From: Gammaproteobacteria bacterium
GTDB lineage: Bacteria > Pseudomonadota > Gammaproteobacteria > UBA4575
NCBI GenBank assembly: GCA_965222615.1
Contig: CBDCUI010000009.1
Location: 576,001-640,000 of the forward strand
Length of the DNA stretch: 64,000 bases
Reading direction: 5' to 3'
The number at the start of each line of letters is the position of its first letter. Positions within the stretch are counted from its first letter, which is position 1. Under the pieces are notes generated by a model. That model was not told the origin of the DNA. It did not search any database and was given only the letters and a program-made list of their open reading frames with translations. Shown here one piece after another: positions 50,009-59,153 of the stretch. The position numbers and the translations under genes are program-made.

Positions 50009-51454
50009 TTATTCTTCTTCAGGTATGCGCATCGCTATAAATTCTGGACCATGAGGGCGCTGCACCAATAACGAGACAAATTTTCCTGCAGGCAAACTTT
50101 CGACTTGGTCTTTAAAGTCATTCACTTCATCAACAGGTTCACCATTGATCATCTGAATCACATCCCCCTTTCGAACACCTGCTGATTTTGCCGAACCTGT
50201 ACCTACATCTAATACTAAAAGTCCGCCATTATCTAATTCCATTGTTTTCATTTCATCTTCTGTCAGCGCGCGCAAGGCGAGTCCTAATACTGTATCTTTT
50301 GGTTGCTCTTCTGGAGCTTTAATATTACCTGCAATAACCTGATCTTTATCTGGTAGTTGACCAATTTTTAACTTAACAGTTTTGGTTGCACCATCCCGCA
50401 TGACTTTCAACTTAACAACCTCACCTACTCTTGTTCTTCCTACCATGGGCGGCAAAGCTGCTGAGTTTTTAATTTCCTTTCCATCATAAGTAAGTATGAC
50501 GTCACCGACTTCTATATCAGATCCCTCAGCAGGACTATTTGGTAAAATTTTTGCCACTAAAGCACCCACCGGCTTGTTCATCCCAAATGACTCCGCCAGC
50601 TCACGAGTGACTTCTTGTATATACACACCCAACCATCCTCTAGATACATAACCATGCTTTTTAAGCTGCTCTACTACATCCATAGCATCTTCCATTGGTA
50701 TCGCAAAGGATAAGCCCATAAAGCCGCCCGAACGCGTATAGATTTGTGAATTGATTCCTACAACATTGCCATCCAAATCAAACAATGGACCACCAGAGTT
50801 ACCCGGATTGATAGCAACATCAGTTTGAATAAAGGGCACATAGTTTTCACTTGGTAAGCTACGGCCCTTGGCACTAACTATTCCTGCTGTAACTGAGGCG
50901 TCAAATCCAAATGGCGAACCTATAGCTAACACCCATTGGCCGACTTTTACATCATTTGATGACCCTATTCTTACGGTAGGTAAGTTAGTAGCATCTAGTT
51001 TTAAAAGCGCAATATCACTACGTGGATCACTACCTACAATTTCTGCAACAAGTTCTCTACGATCATTTAGTTTGACGATAATTTCATCCGCGCCTTTTAC
51101 AACATGATGATTAGTAATTACGTAACCGTCCTTAGAAATGATAAAACCGGAGCCAAGTGAACGTGAATTAAAAAATTCTTCCCCGTCTCCGCCATGTTCA
51201 CCAAAGAATCTTCGTAGTAAATCACCAAATGGGTTGTCTTCCGGGATATCGGGCATCTCCATACCCGGTGGTAGCCCTCTTTTGATCTCGGTTTGTTTGC
51301 TTGTGCTGATATTTACAACGGCGGGGGCGTTTTCTTCAACTAATTCAGTAAAATTAGGAAGATTATAACGAGCATATGATTGTGAAACTGTTAAAAATAA
51401 TAGCGACATTAACGCTAAAATTTTAATAGGGAAAACACTCCTGCTTTTCATCAT
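50009..51454 (-). CDS. mucD: DegP/DegQ/MucD serine protease
   Basis: TNHHV, GNSGGPL, two PDZ domains; in the rpoE operon. Confidence 0.93.
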   Translation of the reverse strand: MMKSRSVFPIKILALMSLLFLTVSQSYARYNLPNFTELVEENAPAVVNISTSKQTEIKRGLPPGMEMPDIPEDNPFGDLLRRFFGEHGGDGEEFFNSRSLGSGFIISKDGYVITNHHVVKGADEIIVKLNDRRELVAEIVGSDPRSDIALLKLDATNLPTVRIGSSNDVKVGQWVLAIGSPFGFDASVTAGIVSAKGRSLPSENYVPFIQTDVAINPGNSGGPLFDLDGNVVGINSQIYTRSGGFMGLSFAIPMEDAMDVVEQLKKHGYVSRGWLGVYIQEVTRELAESFGMNKPVGALVAKILPNSPAEGSDIEVGDVILTYDGKEIKNSAALPPMVGRTRVGEVVKLKVMRDGATKTVKLKIGQLPDKDQVIAGNIKAPEEQPKDTVLGLALRALTEDEMKTMELDNGGLLVLDVGTGSAKSAGVRKGDVIQMINGEPVDEVNDFKDQVESLPAGKFVSLLVQRPHGPEFIAMRIPEEE

Positions 51455-51542
51455 CTCTAAATTCTCCTCTTCAGCACAAACAATTCTAGTAAATCATACA
51501 GTCTATTTTTAGATGTCCACTGTACATGGACTTATAACTTTC

Positions 51543-51570
51543 TATGACCCACATAGAAAACAAAAAGTTC
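51543..51570 (-). promoter_or_regulatory. SigmaE-type promoter of degP/mucD
   Basis: Minus strand GAACTT-N16-GTCATA. Confidence 0.7.
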
Positions 51571-51584
51571 TACATATATAGTTA

Positions 51585-52574
51585 TTACGGGTTTGAATAA
51601 TAAATCGATTCACCAATCGACTTCACCGTTCCTTCTGGAACTTCACCAACTACTGTGATCTGATGTTGATTAAGATCGCGAGCATACGCATTGATGACAC
51701 CTTTATTATGTGCACCTTTATACACATGTTGAGCATCATCAATCTTACTTATAAATACAGAGACTGAAGCCAATCCATCGGTTATCACCATATGCTGAAC
51801 TGGTTTTTTACTAGCACTCATCAACCGCCTAGTAACGCTACTCAGGGAAAATCCAGGAGGTAAATTTTGAACCTGCCAAGCACGATCCGGCTGAAGCTCG
51901 CCGTTTAACTCTACGCTTGCAGTTCTCCATGTGTAGTCGTTTAACCTAACACTCGGTTCAAACAATTCGTCTGGAACAGATTTCAACATACGAAAACTGG
52001 TAAACATCATATTTTCAATGACTTTGCCATTTACTCCAAACGTCTTGGATTTGAGTAACATGCCAATCTTAGGGTTAACACATAGTTCATGCCCGTAACG
52101 AAATTCATCTAACGGTTCAAAACGAATAATTTTACAACTAAAGCCTGCGATTCGATCTGAACCGACGGCGGTCATTTTGTAATGAAACGCTAGTTCATTG
52201 AGATTTTCAGGCAAAGATGAAGGCAGGCCATGGGGTGCCCTGGCAGTTTCAATAACGACCAATTTATCTCGTGGCCAAATACAGGTTAGTACATCGTGAT
52301 CGCGAATTACTTCACGCGCATCTCCAGTTAAAGAGACTAGTTTTTCTTTGATGCCAGAAGGTGTGTGAGCATGAATGATGCGCATGGTTTCAACACTACC
52401 ATTATGCATAAAAACGAAAGTACCTCGGTAATTACCCATTTCCAAGGTGTTATTCATATCGTTTAACAGCTTTTTAACATCATCTTCTGCAAATGCAAAA
52501 GAAAAGCTGCCAGCCAAAAAAGCTATGCAAAGAAAACGAATAAAGGATATGTAAGGATTATTTGACGCTCTCAT
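51585..52574 (-). CDS. rseB: SigmaE regulatory protein RseB/MucB
   Basis: NYRGTFV, DEFRYG, TDGLASVSVF, ITVVGEVP; synteny. Confidence 0.92.
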   Translation of the reverse strand: MRASNNPYISFIRFLCIAFLAGSFSFAFAEDDVKKLLNDMNNTLEMGNYRGTFVFMHNGSVETMRIIHAHTPSGIKEKLVSLTGDAREVIRDHDVLTCIWPRDKLVVIETARAPHGLPSSLPENLNELAFHYKMTAVGSDRIAGFSCKIIRFEPLDEFRYGHELCVNPKIGMLLKSKTFGVNGKVIENMMFTSFRMLKSVPDELFEPSVRLNDYTWRTASVELNGELQPDRAWQVQNLPPGFSLSSVTRRLMSASKKPVQHMVITDGLASVSVFISKIDDAQHVYKGAHNKGVINAYARDLNQHQITVVGEVPEGTVKSIGESIYYSNP

Positions 52575-53151
52575 GGAATTCTTGATCATAACCGACAATT
52601 CTTACATGTGGCATTGAAACTCTCGGTGACGCATACTCTGCATGATTTACAATATAGCTATTAAACTCTGCAGCAGCCTTAGGATTAGAATAAATGCTTT
52701 GCAATTCCTCCGCACTTACACGCTGTATATCACTCTCTTCAATTACTCGTTCCGCAACAACTGGTGTATTTTCTGTAACTGTGCTCGGTTGCATAAAATT
52801 TTGCACTGCAATAAAGGATAAAATAGCTACTGAAGCCGCAATGGCTAGACCTATAGGAGTTGTATATTTTTTTGAACTTTCGACAGCAATGGCTGGTGCA
52901 GGAGCAATATCTGTTATATCAGGATCAAATACATCTTCATTTGATAATTTATCCATTACCTCTGCCGTAAAATTTGCATTTAGTTTAGTAGGTAATTCAT
53001 TACGCAGCGCATGACCAATTATATTATAGCGTTTAAACACTGCTTGAAGTTCCGAGTTTGATTTATACTCTTTTAAAATTTTTTGTGTTTCAAACTCAGA
53101 AACATCTTCATCTAGTATTCTTGATAAGAGTTCCAGATCTTTATCCTTCAT
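52558..53151 (-). CDS. rseA: Anti-sigmaE factor RseA/MucA
   Basis: RYNIIGHALR, TM segment AIAASV, YIVNH; synteny. Confidence 0.88.
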   Translation of the reverse strand: MKDKDLELLSRILDEDVSEFETQKILKEYKSNSELQAVFKRYNIIGHALRNELPTKLNANFTAEVMDKLSNEDVFDPDITDIAPAPAIAVESSKKYTTPIGLAIAASVAILSFIAVQNFMQPSTVTENTPVVAERVIEESDIQRVSAEELQSIYSNPKAAAEFNSYIVNHAEYASPRVSMPHVRIVGYDQEFHESVK

Positions 53152-53171
53152 AATGTGTTCATTCCATGTAA

Positions 53172-53747
53172 TTAATCTAATAACGGCTTTAGATGTTTAT
53201 CAATTGCTTCACGTGCACGAAATATTCTAGATCTAACTGTTCCAATTGGACATTCCATTACCGTTGCAATTTCATCATATGTCATACCTTCAAGCTCTCG
53301 TAGCGTTATCGCTGTCTTTAAGTCTTCCGGCAACTCCTTTATTGCATTGTATACCGTTGTCTCAATTTCACACGTAAGCATACGTCCTTCAGGGGTATCA
53401 AACTCTTTTAACGCAGTAGCCGATTCTATATGTTCGGCATCTTCTACATCTACTGCATAGGCTGGAGTTTTCCTACTTTGCGATACCAAATAATTCTTAG
53501 CCGAATTGATCGCAATTCTATACAGCCATGTATAAAAAGCACTATCTCCACGAAACTTTGCTAGGCCTCGATAGGCTTTTATAAATGCTTCCTGCGCTAC
53601 GTCCTGAGCTTCATCAGCATCCTTTACAAACCGAGTCACCAAATTGATCACTTTATACTGATACTTATTAACTAGCGCATCAAAAGCGACCTTATCCCCT
53701 TTTTGAGCTTTTTTTACTAGCTCCTTATCGTTATTATTCTCGCCCAT
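53172..53747 (-). CDS. rpoE: RNA polymerase sigma-E factor
   Basis: DVAQEAFIKAYR, FYTWLYRIAIN, GTVRSRIFRAR. Start refined to MGENN with AAGGAG RBS. Confidence 0.96.
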   Translation of the reverse strand: MGENNNDKELVKKAQKGDKVAFDALVNKYQYKVINLVTRFVKDADEAQDVAQEAFIKAYRGLAKFRGDSAFYTWLYRIAINSAKNYLVSQSRKTPAYAVDVEDAEHIESATALKEFDTPEGRMLTCEIETTVYNAIKELPEDLKTAITLRELEGMTYDEIATVMECPIGTVRSRIFRAREAIDKHLKPLLD

Positions 53748-53795
53748 ATGGGCCTGACTCCTTGTATCACGGATACCCATAGACACCCGTAGCTG

Positions 53796-53822
53796 TATGA
53801 CAATTTTATCGTGTAAGAGTTC
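53796..53822 (-). promoter_or_regulatory. SigmaE-type autoregulatory promoter
   Basis: Minus strand GAACTC-N15-GTCATA, same -10 element as the degP promoter. Confidence 0.65.
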
Positions 53823-53930
53823 TTGTTTACGGTCTCCGAGCGGATTCTACCGCTAAGTGGTGCCATTTTGTTAACTTGATCACCCCAACTATGACACAAT
53901 GCGTCTAAATTACGGCAATTTCATCTATCT

Positions 53931-55577
53931 ATGCATGACTTCGACATACTAATAATCGGCAGTGGTGCGGCTGGTTTAAGCCTCGCTTTACGGCTTGATC
54001 CGAGCTTTCAAATCGCGGTGATTTCTAAAGGACCTCTTGATGATGGCAGCACGGCCTGGGCTCAAGGTGGTATTTCTGCAGTCATCGATGAAGGCGATTC
54101 TATCGACCAGCATATGGCAGATACTATCGATGCCGGTGCCGGCCTATGCGATGAAGAGGCAGTACAACATACTGTTTCTCATGGCAAAGAAATGATCACT
54201 TGGCTGACAGAGCTCGGTGTTAAATTCACACGTGAAACCGGTCTTGATGGCAAATCCTATCTACATTTAACACGGGAGGGCGGGCATACGCATAGAAGGG
54301 TTGTACACGCAGCAGATGCAACCGGCTGGGCAGTGGAAAATGCGCTTATTAAAAATGTATTTGAGCGAAATAATATCAATATCTTTGAACATTATATTGC
54401 TATTGATTTAATTACTACCGGTAAACTCTATAATGAGCGAAAGCAACATAAGAAAAATAAATGTGTTGGCGCTTATGTTCTAGATACAAGTAAACAACAT
54501 GTAGATACTTTTCGTACCAAGTACGTAATATTGGCAACCGGCGGCGCTAGCAAAGTATACTTATATACTAGTAACCCAGATGGCGCCTCTGGTGATGGCA
54601 TTGCCATGGCATGGCGGGCTGGTTGTCGCATAGCCAATATGGAATTTATGCAATTCCATCCAACATGTCTTTATCATCCTAGTGCTAAATCATATTTAAT
54701 TACCGAGGCAGTGCGTGGTGAAGGCGGCAAATTATTATTACCTGATGGTTCAGAGTTTGCGCATGAATTCGATCCTCGAGGTGTATTAGCGCCTCGAGAT
54801 ATCGTAGCACGTGCAATCGACTATAAAATGAAGCAACTCGGTATCGATTGCGTATACCTAGACATCAGTCATAAACCGAAAAAATTTATTGAATCTCATT
54901 TTCCAAATGTATACGCGCGTTGCTTGAAACTCGGCTATGACATGTCAAAAGAACCCGTGCCTGTCGTACCTGCTGCACATTATACATGCGGCGGTGTGAT
55001 GACTGACTTACGTGGCAGAACCGATGTAAAAAATTTATATGCAGTTGGAGAAACAACTCATACGGGTCTACACGGCGCAAATCGAATGGCGAGTAATTCA
55101 TTATTAGAATGTTTGGTGTTTGCTGATTCTGCCAGTAAAGATATCAATTCACGTCAAGACCAAGAATTGATTAATAAAGACATCCCACCTTGGGATGAAA
55201 GTCGTGTGACCGAACCTGATGAGGAAATCGTGGTAGCACATAACTGGGATGAGTTGAGAAGATTTATGTGGGACTATGTAGGTATCGTGCGCACAGACAA
55301 ACGCTTACAACGCGCTAAACACCGTGTTGATCTGCTCTCTTCGGAAATAGATGAATACTATAGTAACTTCCGTGTAAGTGGCGACCTGATTGAGCTAAGA
55401 AACTTAACTTTAGTGGCTGACTTAATTATTCGAAGTGCTCTATCAAGAAAAGAAAGCCGCGGTTTACATTATACGTTAAATTACCCAACACCAGACCTCT
55501 CATTAGAAAGTGTAGATACCATCCTCGACCCAAAAAAAGAGCTTGCTTCGACGAAACCTGTGTACGCAGCCTCTTAA
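53931..55577 (+). CDS. nadB: L-aspartate oxidase
   Basis: GSGAAG, AQGGI, EGGH, QFHPT, HGANRMASNSLLE; divergent from rpoE. Confidence 0.97.
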   Translation: MHDFDILIIGSGAAGLSLALRLDPSFQIAVISKGPLDDGSTAWAQGGISAVIDEGDSIDQHMADTIDAGAGLCDEEAVQHTVSHGKEMITWLTELGVKFTRETGLDGKSYLHLTREGGHTHRRVVHAADATGWAVENALIKNVFERNNINIFEHYIAIDLITTGKLYNERKQHKKNKCVGAYVLDTSKQHVDTFRTKYVILATGGASKVYLYTSNPDGASGDGIAMAWRAGCRIANMEFMQFHPTCLYHPSAKSYLITEAVRGEGGKLLLPDGSEFAHEFDPRGVLAPRDIVARAIDYKMKQLGIDCVYLDISHKPKKFIESHFPNVYARCLKLGYDMSKEPVPVVPAAHYTCGGVMTDLRGRTDVKNLYAVGETTHTGLHGANRMASNSLLECLVFADSASKDINSRQDQELINKDIPPWDESRVTEPDEEIVVAHNWDELRRFMWDYVGIVRTDKRLQRAKHRVDLLSSEIDEYYSNFRVSGDLIELRNLTLVADLIIRSALSRKESRGLHYTLNYPTPDLSLESVDTILDPKKELASTKPVYAAS

Positions 55578-55581
55578 ATGT

Positions 55582-55980
55582 AAAAGTTTAGCTTTAATCA
55601 ACCAGGCACTGTAAGACACAATTACAAGCAGGCTAAGATTAAGGAAAGCATCATCCCTGATGCAACTCTCATTCACACATCCCGGTGCTCACCATTATTT
55701 ACTTGACGAGCAAACAGAATAGACGGCTGGCAAATGAACAGGGAGGTTCATTTGAGGCAGGCTGAGCAGGATGTGAATCCTGCCGGCAGCCATGTCTTTC
55801 TGTGTAGCGAGTGTGCCCCGTAAGGGGCAAGGATATTAGGCTGCATTTTCTTGGTGACTTCTTTGTTGCCACAAAGAAGTCTCTCGCTCTCTTGGCAGAA
55901 GATTTAAAAAATAATAGAAGTATTGGGAGAGCGAATAAGTTTCCTAGAGGTTTCTAACTGGATTGCCACGTCGTAGCGCT
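55582..55980. repeat. Intergenic repeat family B, copy 2, with additional hairpins
   Basis: 55582-55693 is homologous to the reverse complement of 15395-15604; further stems such as TGCCCC/GGGGCA and ACTTCTTTG/CAAAGAAGT. Confidence 0.7.
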
Positions 55981-55996
55981 CATCGATAAGAATAAA

Positions 55997-56563
55997 TCAG
56001 AGCTTTCTATTAGGTTTTATTAAAAATTTGTCTCGATAGTACTTTAATTCTTCTATCGAATCACGAATATCATCTAATGCAAGGTGTTTGGACTCTTTAG
56101 TAAAACCATTCGCCACTTCAGGCTGCCAGCGCAATGCCAATTCTTTTAATGTACTGACATCCAAGTTTCTATAGTGAAAGTAATTTTCTAACTCTGGCAT
56201 GTGACGCGCAAGAAACCTTCGATCCTGGCAAATACTATTACCACACATTGGTGAACGATTCTGGGGCACATAGTCTTGCAAAAATTCCAATGTTACTTTT
56301 TCAGCTTCTTGTTCCGTGACAGAACTTGCCTTTACACGTTCAGTTAATCCCGATTTCGCATGCTGCTCAGTATTCCATTCATCCATTGAGTCTAAAATCG
56401 AGATTTCTTGGCGAATCGCTAATACAGGTCCTACAGCCACTTCTTGAAGATCCTTATCAGTAACAATCGTAGCAATTTCAATAATACGATCTTCAAAAGG
56501 ATTCAAGCCCGTCATTTCTAAGTCTATCCATATTAGATTATCTGGACCACTTGACATTAGCAT
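55997..56563 (-). CDS. orn: Oligoribonuclease
   Basis: [32 protein letters not shown]. Confidence 0.97.
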   Translation of the reverse strand: MLMSSGPDNLIWIDLEMTGLNPFEDRIIEIATIVTDKDLQEVAVGPVLAIRQEISILDSMDEWNTEQHAKSGLTERVKASSVTEQEAEKVTLEFLQDYVPQNRSPMCGNSICQDRRFLARHMPELENYFHYRNLDVSTLKELALRWQPEVANGFTKESKHLALDDIRDSIEELKYYRDKFLIKPNRKL

Positions 56564-56632
56564 TTCCTTATCTGTTTTGTATATGATACACAGATGATGA
56601 ACAAATTATTATATAAGTCTTGTAATTACTAT

Positions 56633-56923
56633 ATGAAAATTTCAATCAATACTATATTTTTATTCTTACTAACCTGCATAATTAATACTGCAAATGCCGA
56701 AGCAGGTAGTCAACTGCATCAAGATAATTGCATAGCCTGTCATGCTGCAATGACTGGTGGTGATGGATCTGTCTTATATACAAGAAAAAATCGTCGTGTA
56801 ACTTCAATGGAGTCTCTAGGGAAACAAGTCAACCGCTGTCAATCTAGCCTTGGACTTAATTGGTCCACAAATCAGCAACAAAAAGTTCAACAATATTTAA
56901 ACCATTCGTTTTATAAATTCTAA
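56633..56923 (+). CDS. Small monoheme cytochrome c
   Basis: Signal peptide, CIACH, extra Cys in VNRC, YLNxxFYKF end. Confidence 0.85.
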   Translation: MKISINTIFLFLLTCIINTANAEAGSQLHQDNCIACHAAMTGGDGSVLYTRKNRRVTSMESLGKQVNRCQSSLGLNWSTNQQQKVQQYLNHSFYKF

Positions 56924-56942
56924 TTTTCAGCAGCTTACCGTT

Positions 56943-57818
56943 ATCGAAGAGTATCAAGCAAAAGTCGTTAGCCGTCATGGAGCCCATCTAACCGTAAAAG
57001 ATGAGAAGGGTATGCTGCATGGCTGCATCTCTGCAAAAAAGTTTAGTCACGTAGTCTGTGGTGACCTTGTACGATGTAAAATAATTGACCAAGACCGCGA
57101 CCAATTGACCAGGCTATTGCCACGAAAAAATGAGTTGTTAAGACAAACTGAGTTTGCAATTAAAGTAGTTGCAGCTAATATCGACACTATTGCAATCGTT
57201 TGTGCAATAGAGCCAGAGCCATCATTAGAATTGATTGATCATTACATCGTTGCAGCAGAAAATATGCCTGCATCAGTAATTATTGTGGCAAACAAAACAG
57301 ACCTGCCTAATTCACTTACCATTACTCAAGTCTTGACCGATAAATATCAAAATCTTTCTTATCCTATTATTGAAACAACTGCAAAAGACTCACAAAGCTT
57401 GAATAAGCTAATAGAACAATTTAAAAACAGTACTGTTGTGTTTGTTGGACAATCTGGTGTCGGTAAATCTACATTAATTAGCAAAATTATTCCGTCAGTC
57501 AATATAGATACACAATCAATATCTGCAGGTATACAACAGGGTAGGCATACTACCAGTGTCACTACTTTATATGACCTTCCCCAAGGTAGTGAATTAATTG
57601 ATTCACCTGGTGTGAGAGATTTTTTATTACCGAAACTAGACAAAGACAAAATAGAAAAAGGATTTTGTGAAATTTATAAACTTAGCAAAAAGTGTAAGTT
57701 TCATGATTGTTCCCACCTCACCGAACCCGATTGTGCGGTTAAACGTGCTTTAGAAAATGGCGAGTTGCACAAATTACGTTATTTATCTTATAAAAAGATG
57801 ATAGAACAACTTAGTTAA
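56943..57818 (+). CDS. rsgA: Ribosome small subunit-dependent GTPase A
   Basis: NKTD, GQSGVGKST, GRHTT, DSPG, CKFHDCSH...C. Start uncertain: RsgA-like sequence extends upstream of ATG 57012. Confidence 0.93.
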   Translation: MEEYQAKVVSRHGAHLTVKDEKGMLHGCISAKKFSHVVCGDLVRCKIIDQDRDQLTRLLPRKNELLRQTEFAIKVVAANIDTIAIVCAIEPEPSLELIDHYIVAAENMPASVIIVANKTDLPNSLTITQVLTDKYQNLSYPIIETTAKDSQSLNKLIEQFKNSTVVFVGQSGVGKSTLISKIIPSVNIDTQSISAGIQQGRHTTSVTTLYDLPQGSELIDSPGVRDFLLPKLDKDKIEKGFCEIYKLSKKCKFHDCSHLTEPDCAVKRALENGELHKLRYLSYKKMIEQLS

Positions 57819-57820
57819 AA

Positions 57821-57998
57821 GGAGCTGTGATTTATTCTGCCATGGTTAAATTTTTTTGGTCGTTAAAAAATTTCTCAAAATGCGGGGTGGTGGAGCCACA
57901 AACTCACTTGTAAACTCCGCTTCTTCAAAATTTTTTGCCTCATCTCAGCCGCCTATTTTAAATTCTTAAATAAATATAGGCTAATAAATCACAGCTCC
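57821..57998. repeat. Family A repeat, copy in reverse orientation
   Basis: GGAGCTGTGATTTATT...AATAAATCACAGCTCC; internal GTAAACTCCGC...TTTTTTGCCT. Confidence 0.8.
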
Positions 57999-58008
57999 CT
58001 TTGTTTTT

Positions 58009-58632
58009 TTAGTAGCTTTTTCGACTGGAAAATGCTTCAGCGATCGTATTTTGGTCTACATAGTCAAGTTCTCCACCTACAGGCACCCCTTGTGCAAGCC
58101 TGGTGGTAGTAATGCCGTATTTTTTTGCCATTTCACTTAATACATGAGCGGTAACTTCACCTTCAACCGTTGAGTTTGTCGCCAAAATTAATTCCTTAAC
58201 CGAGTCTCTAACCAAGCGATTTTCTAGCAATTCAAGCCCCAATTCTGTGGGGCCTATCCCATCCAAGGGTGAAAGACGACCCATTAAGACAAAATAAAGA
58301 CCTCGATAATCTGTACTTTTTTCTATAGTAAATACGTCTGTCGGATTCTCTACCACACAAATTTGAAAAGTTTGTCGAGATTTATCTGTACATATAGAAC
58401 ACAATTCTTGTTCAGTAAAAATTCGACAATTATTACAGTGTCCTATTTCTTTAACTGCCTTGAGTAATGTTTCAGCAAGTTGCCTTGCACCGCTACGGTC
58501 ACGCTGTAATAAATGAAATGCCATACGTTGTGCCGACTTTGGTCCAACACCTGGCAGACACTTCAAGGAATCAATTAGAGAATCCAATAGTGAAATAGAC
58601 TTTGCCCCATTACCTTTATTCATCAATGACAC
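58009..58632 (-). CDS. recR: Recombination mediator RecR
   Basis: LPGVGPKSAQR, C4 zinc finger, Toprim VVE and EGEVTA. Confidence 0.97.
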   Translation of the reverse strand: MSLMNKGNGAKSISLLDSLIDSLKCLPGVGPKSAQRMAFHLLQRDRSGARQLAETLLKAVKEIGHCNNCRIFTEQELCSICTDKSRQTFQICVVENPTDVFTIEKSTDYRGLYFVLMGRLSPLDGIGPTELGLELLENRLVRDSVKELILATNSTVEGEVTAHVLSEMAKKYGITTTRLAQGVPVGGELDYVDQNTIAEAFSSRKSY

Positions 58633-58645
58633 ACCAAAATTCTGG

Positions 58646-58776
58646 GGAAGCTCCTGATTTATTAGTGTAACGACTGAGACTAGGCAAAAAATGTCGAGAA
58701 AGCGGAGTTTACACGTAAGTAAATGAGCATTTTAAGACATTTTTTAACGAAGTATCAGAATAAATCAGGAATTTCC
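58646..58776. repeat. Family A repeat, copy between ybaB and recR
   Basis: GGAAGCTCCTGATTTATT...GCGGAGTTTACACGTAAGTAAATGAGCATTTT...AATAAATCAGGAATTTCC. Confidence 0.85.
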
Positions 58777-59100
58777 CTAAAAAGGCAATTTCATACCCGC
58801 AGGCAGATTCAACCCACTAGTCAAATTAGACATATGATCTTTAGTAAGCTGCTCAACTTTATTGGAAGCATCATTAATAGCTGCGGCAATTAGATCTTCT
58901 AACATATCTTTATCATCATTTAATAAACTCTCATCGATATGTACTTTGCGAACTTCATGTTTTCCGGTCATGGTAACTTTCACCAAACTGCCCCCTGCCT
59001 GCCCTTTTACCTCTAAATTTTTTAATTCTTCTTGCGCCTTTTGCATATCTTCTTGCATTTTTTGCGCTTGTTTCATTAAATTTCCTAATCCACCTTTCAT
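58777..59100 (-). CDS. ybaB: YbaB/EbfC nucleoid-associated protein
   Basis: [27 protein letters not shown]; synteny. Confidence 0.96.
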   Translation of the reverse strand: MKGGLGNLMKQAQKMQEDMQKAQEELKNLEVKGQAGGSLVKVTMTGKHEVRKVHIDESLLNDDKDMLEDLIAAAINDASNKVEQLTKDHMSNLTSGLNLPAGMKLPF

Positions 59101-59153
59101 ATTATTCTCCTAGGTCTTACTCATTTTCTATTATCCTATGTAATCGAAAAACT

